Source: the human T2T-CHM13v2.0 reference genome, Homo sapiens. Taken from it: 64,000 nucleotides of DNA. Every line of letters begins with the position of its first letter. The first letter of the stretch is position 1. The DNA is taken from the NCBI RefSeq assembly GCF_009914755.1, contig NC_060934.1; one strand, given 5' to 3'. The notes beneath the pieces were generated by a model that worked only from the letters and a program-made list of their open reading frames with translations, was not told the DNA's origin and made no database searches. Below are positions 36,201 through 48,200 of this stretch, piece after piece. A program made the position numbers and the translations under genes.

Positions 36201-39200
36201 TTCTCAGAAACTGCTTTGTCATCTGTGCGTTCAGTTCACAGAGTTTCACCTTTCTCTTCATAGAGCAGTTTGGAAAGACTCTGTCTGTAAAGTCTGCAAG
36301 TGATTAGTTAGACCCCTTTGAGGCCTTCGTTGGAAGCGGGATTTCTCATTTACTGCTAGACAGAAGAATTCTCAGTAAATCCTTTGTGTTGTGTGTATTC
36401 AACTCACAGAGTGGAACCTTCCTTTATTCAGAGCAGTTTTGAAACACTCTTTTTGTGGAATTTGCAAGTGGAGATTTCAAGCGATTTGACGCCAATCTTA
36501 GACATGGAAATATCTTCATATTAAAAGTACACAGAGTCATTCGTAGAAACTAGTTTGTGATGTGTGCCTTCAACTCACAGAGTTTAACCTTTCTTTTCAT
36601 AGAGCAGTTGGGAAACACTCTATTTGTAAAGTCTGCAAGTGGATATTTGGACCTCTTTGAGGCCTTCGTTGGAAACGGGATTTCTTCATATAACGCTAGA
36701 CAGAAGAATTCTCAGTAACTTCTTTGTGTTGTGTGTATTCAACTCACAGAGTTGAACCTTTCTTTAGAGGGAGCAGAGGTGAAACAGTCTTTTTGTGGAA
36801 TTTGCTAGTGTAGATTTCAAACGCTTCGAAGTCAGTGATAGAAAAGGATATATCTTCGTATTAAAAGTAGACAAAATCATTCTCAGAAAACTCTTTGTGA
36901 TGTGTGTGTTCAACTCACAGAGTTTAACCTTTCTTTAATCGAGCAGTTTGGAAATACACTCTTTGTAAGTCTGCAGGTGGATATTTGGCCCTCTTTGAGC
37001 CCTTCTTTGGAAACGGGATTTCCTCTTATAATGCTAGACAGAAGAATTCTCAGTAACTTCTCTGTGTTGTTTGTATTCAACACACAGATTTGAACCTTCC
37101 TTTGGAGAGAACAGATTTGAAACACTCTGTTTTTGGAATTTGCAAGTGCAGATTTCAAGCGCTTCTAGGCCTATGGCAGAAAAGGAAATATCTTCGTATA
37201 AAAACTACACAGAATCATTCTCAACAACTACTTTGTGATGTGTGCGTTCAACTCACAGAATTTAACCTTTCTTTTCATAGAGCAGTTTGGAAACACTCTG
37301 TTTGTAAAGCCTGCAAGTGCTTTTTTCGACTTCATTGAGGCCTTCGTTGGAAACGGGATTTCTTCATACAACGCTAGACAGAAGAATTCTCAGTAACTTC
37401 TTTGTGTTGTGTGTATTCAACTCACAGAGTTGAACCTTTCTTTAGAGAGAGCAGAGTTGAAACACTCTGTTTTTGGAATTTGCAAGTGCAGATTTCAAGC
37501 GATTCTAGGCCTATGGCAGAAAAGGAAATATCTTCGTATAAAAACTACACAGAATCATTCTCAACAACTACTTTGTAATGTGTGCGTTCAACTCACAGAG
37601 TTTAACCTTTCTTTTCATAGAGCAGTTTGGAAACACTCTGTTTGTAAAGCCTGCAAGTGCTTTTTTGGACTTCATTGAGGCCTTCGTTGGAAACGGGATT
37701 TCTTCATATAATGCTAGACAGAAGAATTCTCAGTCACTTCTTTGTGTTGTGTGTATTCAAGTCACAGAGTTGAACCTTCCTTTAGACAGAGCAGTTTTGA
37801 AAAATTCTTTCTGTGGAGTTTGCAAGTGGAGATTTCCAGCGATTTGAGGCTAATCTTTCAAATGGAAATATCTTCGTGTAAAAACTACACAGAATCATTC
37901 TCAGAAACTGCTTTGTCATCTGTGCGTTCAGTTCACAGAGTTTCACCTTTCTCTTCATAGAGCAGTTTGGAAAGACTCTGTCTGTAAAGTCTGCAAGTGA
38001 CTAGTTAGAACCCTTTGAGGCCTTCGTTGGAAGCGGGATTTCTCATTTACTGCTAGACAGAAGAATTCTCAGTAAATCCTTTGTGTTGTGTGTATTCAAC
38101 TCACAGAGTGGAACCTTCCTTTATTCAGAGCAGTTTTGAAACACTCTTTTTGTGGAATTTGCAAGTGGAGATTTCAAGCGATTTGACGCCAATCTTAGAC
38201 ATGGAAATATCTTCATATTAAAAGTACACAGAGTCATTCGTAGAAACTAGTTTGTGATGTGTGCCTTCAACTCACAGAGTTTAACCTTTCTTTTCATAGA
38301 GCAGTTGGGAAACACTCTATTTGTAAAGTCTGCAAGTGGATATTTGGACCTCTTTGAGGCCTTCGTTGGAAACGGGATTTCTTCATATAACGCTAGACAG
38401 AAGAATTCTCAGTAACTTCTTTGTGTTGTGTGTATTCAACTCACAGAGTTGAACCTTTCTTTAGAGGGAGCAGAGGTGAAACACTCTTTTTGTGGAATTT
38501 GCTAGTGTAGATTTCAAACGCTTCGAAGACAGTGATAGAAAAGGATATATCTTCGTATTAAAAGTAGACAAAATCATTCTCAGAAAACTCTTTGTGATGT
38601 GTGTGTTCAACTCACAGAGTTTAACCTTTCTTTAATCGAGCAGTTTGGAAATACACTCTTTGTAAGTCTGCAGGTGGATATTTGGCCCTCTTTGAGCCCT
38701 TCGTTGGAAACGGGATTTCCTCATATAATGCTAGACAGAAGAATTCTCAGTAACTTCTTTGTGTTGTTTGTATTCAACACACAGATTTGAACCTTCCTTT
38801 AGAGAGAGCAGATTTGAAACACTCTGTTTTTGGAATTTGCAAGTGCAGATTTCAAGCGCTTCTAGGCCTATGGCAGAAAAGGAAATATCTTCGTATAAAA
38901 ACTACACAGAATCATTCTCAACAACTACTTTGTGATGTGTGCGTTCAACTCACAGAGGTAAACCTTTCTTTTCATAGAGCAGTTTGGAAACACTCTGTTT
39001 GTAAAGCCTGCAAGTGCTTTTTTGGACTTCATTGAGGCCTTCGTTGGAAACGGGATTTCTTCATACAACGCTAGACAGAAGAATTCTCAGTAACTTCTTT
39101 GTGTTGTGTGTATTCAACTCACAGAGTTGAACCTTTCTTTAGAGAGAACAGAGTTGAAACACTCTGTTTTTGGAATTTGCAAGTGCAGATTTCAAGCGAT

Positions 39201-42200
39201 TCTAGGCCTACGGCAGAAAAGGAAATATCTTCGTATAAAAACTACACAGAATCATTCTCAACAACTACTTTGTGATGTGTGCGTTCCACTCACAGAGTTT
39301 AACCTTTCTTTTCATAGAGCAGTTTGGAAACACTCTGTTTGTAAAGCCTGCAAGTGCTTTTTTGGACTTCATTGAGGCCTTCGTTGGAAACAGGATTTCT
39401 TCATATAATGCTAGACAGAAGAATTCTCAGTCACTTCTTTGTGTTGTGTGTATTCAAGTCACAGAGTTGAACCTTCCTTTAGACAGAGCAGTTTTGAGAA
39501 ATTCTTTCTTTGGAATTTGCAAGTGGAGATTTCAAGCGATTTGAGGCTAATCTTTGAAATGGAAATATCTTCGTGTAAAAACTACACAGAATCATTCTCA
39601 GAAACTGCTTTGTCATCTGTGCGTTCAGTTCACAGAGTTTCACCTTTCTCTTCATAGAGCAGTTTGGAAAGACTCTGTCTGTATAGTCTGCAAGTGATTA
39701 GTTAGACCCCTTTGAGGCCTTCGTTGGAAGCGGGATTTCTCATTTACTGCTAGACAGAAGAATTCTCAGTAAATCCTTTGTGTTGTGTGTATTCAACTCA
39801 CAGAGTGGAACCTTCCTTTATTCAGAGCAGTTTTGAAACACTCTTTTTGTGGAATTTGCAAGTGGAGATTTCAAGCGATTTGACGCCAATCTTAGACATG
39901 GAAATATCTTCATATTAAAAGTACACAGAGTCATTCGTAGAAACTAGTTTGTGATGTGTGCCTTCAACTCACAGAGTTTAACCTTTCTTTTCATAGAGCA
40001 GTTGGGAAACACTCTATTTGTAAAGTCTGCAAGTGGATATTTGGACCTCTTTGAGGCCTTCGTTGGAAACGGGATTTCTTCATATAACGCTAGACAGAAG
40101 AATTCTCAGTAACTTCTTTGTGTTGTGTGTTTTCAACTCACAGAGTTGAACCTTTCTTTAGAGGGAGCAGAGGTGAAACACTCTTTTTGTGGAATTTGCT
40201 AGTGTAGATTTCAAACGCTTCGAAGACAGTGATAGAAAAGGATATATCTTCGTATTAAAAGTAGACAAAATCATTCTCAGAAAACTCTTTGTGATGTGTG
40301 TGTTCAACTCACAGAGTTTAACCTTTCTTTAATCGAGCAGTTTGGAAATACACTCTTTGTAAGTCTGCAGGTGGATATTTGGCCCTCTTTGAGCCCTTCG
40401 TTGGAAACGGGATTTCCTCATATAATGCTAGACAGAAGAATTCTCAGTAACTTCTTTGTGTTGTTTGTATTCAACACACAGATTTGAACCTTCCTTTAGA
40501 GAGAGCAGATTTGAAACACTCTGTTTTTGGAATTTGCAAGTGCAGATTTCAAGCGCTTCTAGGCCTATGGCAGAAAAGGAAATATCTTCGTATAAAAACT
40601 ACACAGAATCATTCTCAACAACTACTTTGTGATGTGTGCGTTCAACTCACAGAGGTAAACCTTTCTTTTCATAGAGCAGTTTGGAAACACTCTGTTTGTA
40701 AAGCCTGCAAGTGCTGTTTTGGACTTCATTGAGGCCTTCGTTGGAAACGGGATTTCTTCATACAACGCTAGACAGAAGAATTCTCAGTAACTTCTTTGTG
40801 TTGTGTGTATTCAACTCACAGAGTTGACCCTTTCTTTAGAGAGAACAGAGTTGAAACACTCTGTTTTTGGAATTTGCAAGTGCAGATTTTAAGCGATTCT
40901 AGGCCTACGGCAGAAAAGGAAATATCTTCGTATAAAAACTACACAGAATCATTCTCAACAACTACTTTGTGATGTGTGCGTTCAACTCACAGAGTTTAAC
41001 CTTTCTTTTCATAGAGCAGTTTGGAAACACTCTGTTTGTAAAGCCTGCAAGTGCTTTTTTCGACTTCATTGAGGCCTTCGTTGGAAACGGGATTTCTTCA
41101 TACAACGCTAGACAGAAGAATTCTCAGTAACTTCTTTGTGTTGTGTGTATTCAAGTCACAGAGTTGAACCTTCCTTTAGACAGAGCAGTTTTGAAAAATT
41201 CTTTCTGTGGAATTTGCAAGTGGAGATTTCAAGCGATTTGAGGCTAATCTTTGAAATGGAAATATCTTCGTGTAAAAACTACACAGAATCATTCTCAGAA
41301 ACTGCTTTGTCATCTGTGCGTTCAGTTCACAGAGTTTCACCTTTCTCTTCATAGAGCAGTTTGGAAAGACTCTGTCTGTAAAGTCTGCAAGTGATTAGTT
41401 AGAACCCTTTGAGGCCTTCGTTGGAAGCGGGATTTCTCATTTACTGCTAGACAGAAGAATTCTCAGTAAATCCTTTGTGTTGTGTGTATTCAACTCACAG
41501 AGTGGAACCTTCCTTTATTCAGAGCAGTTTTGAAACACTCTTTTTGTGGAATTTGCAAGTGGAGATTTCAAGCGATTTGACGCCAATCTTAGACATGGAA
41601 ATATCTTCATATTAAAAGTACACAGAGTCATTCGTAGAAACTAGTTTGTGATGTGTGCCTTCAACTCACAGAGTTTAACCTTTCTTTTCATAGAGCAGTT
41701 TGGAAACACTCTATGTGTAAAGTCTGCAAGTGGATATTTGGACCTCTTTGAGGCCTTCGTTGGAAACGGGATTTCTTCATATAACGCTAGACAGAAGAAT
41801 TCTCAGTAACTTCTTTGTGTTGTGTGTATTCAACTCACAGAGTTGAACCTTTCTTTAGAGGGAGCAGAGGTGAAACACTCTTTTTGTGGAATTTGCTAGT
41901 GTAGATTTCAAACGCTTCGAAGACAGTGATAGAAAAGGATATATCTTCGTATTAAAAGTAGACAAAATCATTCTCAGAAAACTCTTTGTGATGTGTGTGT
42001 TCAACTCACAGAGTTTAACCTTTCTTAAATCGAGCAGTTTGGAAACACACTCTTTGTAAGTCTGCAGGTGGATATTTGGCCCTCATTGAGCCCTTCATTG
42101 GAAACGGGATTTCCTCATATAATGCTAGACAGAAGAATTCTCAGTAACTTCTTTGTGTTGTTTGTATTCAACACACAGATTTGAACCTTCCTTTAGAGAG

Positions 42201-45200
42201 AGCAGATTTGAAACACTCTGTTTTTGGAATTTGCAAGTGCAGATTTCAAGCGCTTCTAGGCCTATGGCAGAAAAGGAAATATCTTCGTATAAAAACTACA
42301 CAGAATCATTCTCAACAACTACTTTGTGATGTGTGCGTTCAACTCACAGAGGTTAACCTTTCTTTTCATAGAGCAGTTTGGAAACACTCTGTTTGTAAAG
42401 CCTGCAAGTGCTTTTTTGGACTTCATTGAGGCCTTCGTTGGAAACGGGATTTCTTCATATAATGCTAGACAGAAGAATTCTCAGTCACTTCTTTGTGTTG
42501 TGTGTATTCAAGTCACAGAGTTGAACCTTCCCTTAGACAGAGCAGTTTTGAAAAATTCTTTCTGTGGAATTTGCAAGTGGAGATTTCAAGCGATTTGAGG
42601 CTAATCTTTGAAATGGAAATATCTTCGTGTAAAAACTACACAGAATCATTCTCAGAAACTGCTTTGTCATCTGTGCGTTCAGTTCACAGAGTTTCACCTT
42701 TCTCTTCATAGAGCAGTTTGGAAAGACTCTGTCTGTAAAGTCTGCAAGTGATTAGTTAGACCCCTTTGAGGCCTTCGTTGGAAGCGGGATTTCTCATTTA
42801 CTGCTAGACAGAAGAATTCTCAGTAAATCCTTTGTGTTGTGTGTATTCAACTCACAGAGTGGAACCTTCCTTTATTCAGAGCAGTTTTGAAACACTCTTT
42901 TTGTGGAATTTGCAAGTGGAGATTTCAAGCGATTTGACGCCAATCTTAGACATGGAAATATCTTCATATTAAAAGTACACAGAATCATTCGTAGAAACTA
43001 GTTTGTGATGTGTGCCTTCAACTCACAGAGTTTAACCTTTCTTTTCATAGAGCAGTTCGGAAACATTCTATTTGTAAAGTCTGCAAGTGGATATTTGGAC
43101 CTCTTTGAGGCCTTCGTTGGAAAAGGGATTTCTTCATATAACGCTAGACAGAAGAATTCTCAGTAACTTCTTTGTGTTGTGTGTATTCAACTCACAGAGT
43201 TGAACCTTTCTTTAGAGGGAGCAGAGGTGAAACACTCTTTTTGTGGAATTTGCTAGTGTAGATTTCAAACGCTTCGAAGACAGTGATAGAAAAGGATATA
43301 TCTTCGTATTAAAAGTAGACAAAATCATTCTCAGAAAACTCTTTGTGATGTGTGTGTTCAACTCACAGAGTTTAACCTTTCTTTAATCGAGCAGTTTGGA
43401 AATACACTCTTTGTAAGTCTGCAGGTGGATACTTGGCCCTCTTTGAGCCCATCGTTGGAAACGGGATTTCCTCATATAATGCTAGACAGAAGAATTCTCA
43501 GTAACTTCTTTGTGTTGTTTGTATTCAACACACAGATTTGAACCTTCCTTTAGAGAGAGCAGATTTGAAACACTCTGTTTTTGGAATTTGCAAGTGCAGA
43601 TTTCAAGCGCTTCTAGGCCTATGGCAGAAAAGGAAATATCTTCGTATAAAAACTACACAGAATCATTCTCAACAACTACTTTGTGATGTGTGCGTTAAAC
43701 TCACAGAGTTTAAACTTTCTTTTCATAGAGCAGTTTGGAAACACTCTGTTTGTAAAGCCTGCAAGTGCTTTTTTGGACTTCATTGAGGCCTTCGTTGGAA
43801 ACGGGATTTCTTCATATAATGCTAGACAGAAGAATTCTCAGTCACTTCTTTGTGTTGTGTGTATTCAAGTCACAGAGTTGAACCTTCTTTTAGACAGAGC
43901 AGTTTTGAAAAATTCTTTCTGTGGAATTTGCAAGTGGAGATTTCAAGCGATTTGAGGCTAATCTTTGAAATGGAAATATCTTCGTGTAAAAACTACACAG
44001 AATCATTCTCAGAAACTGCTTTGTCATCTGTGCGTTCAGTTCACAGAGTTTCACCTTTTTCTTCATAGAGCAGTTTGGAAAGACTCTGTCTGTAAAGTCT
44101 GCAAGTGATTAGTTAGAACCCTTTGAGGCCTTCGTTGGAAGCGGGATTTCTCATTTACTGCTAGACAGAAGAATTCTCAGTAAATCCTTTGTGTTGTGTG
44201 TATTCAACTCACAGAGTGGAACCTTCCTTTATTCAGAGCAGTTTTGAAACACTCTTTTTGTGGAATTTGCAAGTGGAGATTTCAAGCGATTTGACACCAA
44301 TCTTAGACATGGAAATATCTTCATATTAAAAGTACACAGAGTCATTCGTAGAAACTAGTTTGTGATGTGTGCCTTCAACTCACAGAGTTTAACCTTTCTT
44401 TTCATAGAGCAGTTGGGAAACACTCTATTTGTAAAGTCTGCAAGTGGATATTTGGACCTCTTTGAGGCCTTCGTTGGAAACGGGATTTCTTCATATAACG
44501 CTAGACAGAAGAATTCTCAGTAACTTCTTTGTGTTGAGTGTATTCAACTCACAGAGTTGAACCTTTCTTTAGAGGGAGCAGAGGTGAAACACTCTTTTTG
44601 TGGAATTTGCTAGTGTAGATTTCAAACGCTTCGAAGACAGTGATAGAAAAGGATATATCTTCGTATTAAAAGTAGACAAAATCATTGTCAAAAAACTCTT
44701 TGTGATGTGTGTGTTCAACTCACAGAGTTTAACCTTTCTTTAATCGAGCAGTTTGGAAATACACTCTTTGTAACTCTGCAGGTGGATATTTGGCCCTCTT
44801 TGAGCCCTTCTTTGGAAACGGGATTTCCTCTTATAATGCTAGACAGAAGAATTCTCAGTAACTTCTCTGTGTTGTTTGTATTCAACACACAGATTTGAAC
44901 CTTCCTTTAGAGAGAGCAGTTTTGAAACACTCTGTTTTTGGAATTTGCAAGTGCAGATTTCAAGCGCTTCTAGGCCTATGGCCGAAAAGGAAATATCTTC
45001 GTATAAAAACTACACAGAATCATTCTCAACAACTACTTTGTGCTGTGTGCGTTCAACTCACAGAGTTTAACCTTTCTTTTCATAGAGCAGTTTGGAAACA
45101 CTCTGTTTGTAAAGCCTGCAAGTGCTTTTTTGGACTTCATTGAGGCCTTCGTTGGAAACGGGATTTCTTCATACAACGCTAGACAGAAGAATTCTCAGTA

Positions 45201-48200
45201 ACTTCTTTGTGTTGTGTGTATTCAACTCACAGAGTTGAACCTTTCTTTAGAGAGAGCAGAGTTGAAACACTCTGTTTTTGGAATTTGCAAGTGCAGATTT
45301 CAAGCGATTCTAGGCCTATGGCAGAAAAGGAAATATCTTCGTATAAAAACTACACAGAATCATTCTCAACAACTACTTTGTGATGTGTGCGTTCAACTCA
45401 CAGAGGTTAACCTTTCTTTTCATAGAGCAGTTTGGAAACACTCTGTTTGTAAAGCCTGCAAGTGCTTTTTTGGACTTCATTGAGGCCTTCGTTGGAAACG
45501 GGATTTCTTCATATAATGCTAGACAGAAGAATTCTCAGTCACTTCTTTGTGTTGTGTGTATTCAAGTCACAGAGTTGAACCTTCCTTTAGACAGAGCAGT
45601 TTTGAAAAATTCTTTCTGTGGAGTTTGCAAGTGGAGATTTCAAGCGATTTGAGGCTAATCTTTGAAATGGAAATATCTTCGTGTAAAAACTACACAGAAT
45701 CATTCTCAGAAACTGCTTTGTCATCTGTGCGTTCAGTTCACAGAGTTTCACCTTTCTCTTCATAGAGCAGTTTGGAAAGACTCTGTCTGTAAAGTCTGCA
45801 AGTGATTAGTTAGACCCCTTTGAGGCCTTCGTTGGAAGCGGGATTTCTCATTTACTGCTAGACAGAAGAATTCTCAGTAAATCCTTTGTGTTGTGTGTAT
45901 TCAACTGACAGAGTGGAACCTTCCTTTATTCAGAGCAGTTTTGAAAAACACTTTTTGTGGAATTTGCAAGTGGAGATTTCAAGCGATTTGACGCCAATCT
46001 TAGACATGGAAATATCTTCATATTAAAAGTACACAGAGTCATTCGTAGAAACTAGTTTGTGATGTGTGCCTTCAACTCACAGAGTTTAACCTTTCTTTTC
46101 ATAGAGCAGTTCGGAAACATTCTATTTGTAAAGTCTGCAAGTGGATATTTGGACCTCTTTGAGGCCTTCGTTGGAAAAGGGATTTCTTCATATAACGCTA
46201 GACAGAAGAATTCTCAGTAACTTCTTTGTGTTGTGTGTATTCAACTCACAGAGTTGAACCTTTCTTTAGAGAGAGCAGAGGTGAAACACTCTTTTTGTGG
46301 AATTTGCTAGTGTAGATTTCAAACGCTTCGAAGACAGTGATAGAAAAGGATATATCTTCGTATTAAAAGTAGACAAAATCATTCTCAGAAAACTCTTTGT
46401 GATGTGTGTGTTCAACTCACAGAGTTTAACCTTTCTTTAATCGAGCAGTTTGGAAATACACTCTTTGTAAGTCTGCAGGTGGATATTTGGCCCTCTTTGA
46501 GCCCATCGTTGGAAACGGGATTTCCTCATATAATGCTAGACAGAAGAATTCTCAGTAACTTCTTTGTGTTGTTTGTATTCAACACACAGATTTGAACCTT
46601 CCTTTAGAGAGAGCAGATTTGAAACACTCTGTTTTTGGAATTTGCAAGTGCAGATTTCAAGCGCTTCTAGGCCTATGGCAGAAAAGGAAATATCTTCGTA
46701 TAAAAACTACACAGAATCATTCTCAACAACTACTTTGTGATGTGTGCGTTAAACTCACAGAGTTTAAACTTTCTTTTCATAGAGCAGTTTGGAAACACTC
46801 TGTTTGTAAAGCCTGCAAGTGCTTTTTTGGACTTCATTGAGGCCTTCGTTGGAAACGGGATTTCTTCATATAATGCTAGACAGAAGAATTCTCAGTCACT
46901 TCTTTGTGTTGTGTGTATTCAAGTCACAGAGTTGAACCTTCTTTTAGACAGAGCAGTTTTGAAAAATTCTTTCTGTGGAATTTGCAAGTGGAGATTTCAA
47001 GCGATTTGAGGCTAATCTTTGAAATGGAAATATCTTCGTGTAAAAACTACACAGAATCATTCTCAGAAACTGCTTTGTCATCTGTGCGTTCAGTTCACAG
47101 GGTTTCACCTTTTTCTTCATAGAGCAGTTTGGAAAGACTCTGTCTGTAAAGTCTGCAAGTGATTAGTTAGAACCCTTTGAGGCCTTCGTTGGAAGCGGGA
47201 TTTCTCATTTACTGCTAGACAGAAGAATTCTCAGTAAATCCTTTGTGTTGTGTGTATTCAACTCACAGAGTGGAACCTTCCTTTATTCAGAGCAGTTTTG
47301 AAACACTCTTTTTGTGGAATTTGCAAGTGGAGATTTCAAGCGATTTGACGCCAATCTTAGACATGGAAATATCTTCATATTAAAAGTACACAGAGTCATT
47401 CGTAGAAACTAGTTTGTGATGTGTGCCTTCAACTCACAGAGTTTAACCTTTCTTTTCATAGAGCAGTTGGGAAACACTCTATTTGTAAAGTCTGCAAGTG
47501 GATATTTGGACCTCTTTGAGGCCTTCGTTGGAAACGGGATTTCTTCATATAACGCTAGACAGAAGAATTCTCAGTAACTTCTTTGTGTTGAGTGTATTCA
47601 ACTCACAGAGTTGAACCTTTCTTTAGAGGGAGCAGAGGTGAAACACTCTTTTTGTGGAATTTGCTAGTGTAGATTTCAAACGCTTCGAAGACAGTGATAG
47701 AAAAGGATATATCTTCGTATTAAAAGTAGACAAAATCATTGTCAAAAAACTCTTTGTGATGTGTGTGTTCAACTCACAGAGTTTAACCTTTCTTTAATCG
47801 AGCAGTTTGGAAATACACTCTTTGTAAGTCTGCAGGTGGATATTTGGCCCTCTTTGAGCCCTTCTTTGGAAACGGGATTTCCTCTTATAATGCTAGACAG
47901 AAGAATTCTCAGTAACTTCTCTGTGTTGTTTGTATTCAACACACAGATTTGAACCTTCCTTTAGAGAGAGCAGTTTTGAAACACTCTGTTTTTGGAATTT
48001 GCAAGTGCAGATTTCAAGCGCTTCTAGGCCTATGGCCGAAAAGGAAATATCTTCGTATAAAAACTACACAGAATCATTCTCAACAACTACTTTGTGCTGT
48101 GTGCGTTCAACTCACAGAGTTTAACCTTTCTTTTCATAGAGCAGTTTGGAAACACTCTGTTTGTAAAGCCTGCAAGTGCTTTTTTGGACTTCATTGAGGC

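Noticed and set aside
34194-37158. Minus-strand ORFs at 34194-34442 and 36910-37158, suggesting an inversion or antisense gene
   Set aside because: The sequence stays in the same orientation. A single substitution (TTTAGAG to TTTGGAG) removes a minus-strand stop in two duplicated copies.
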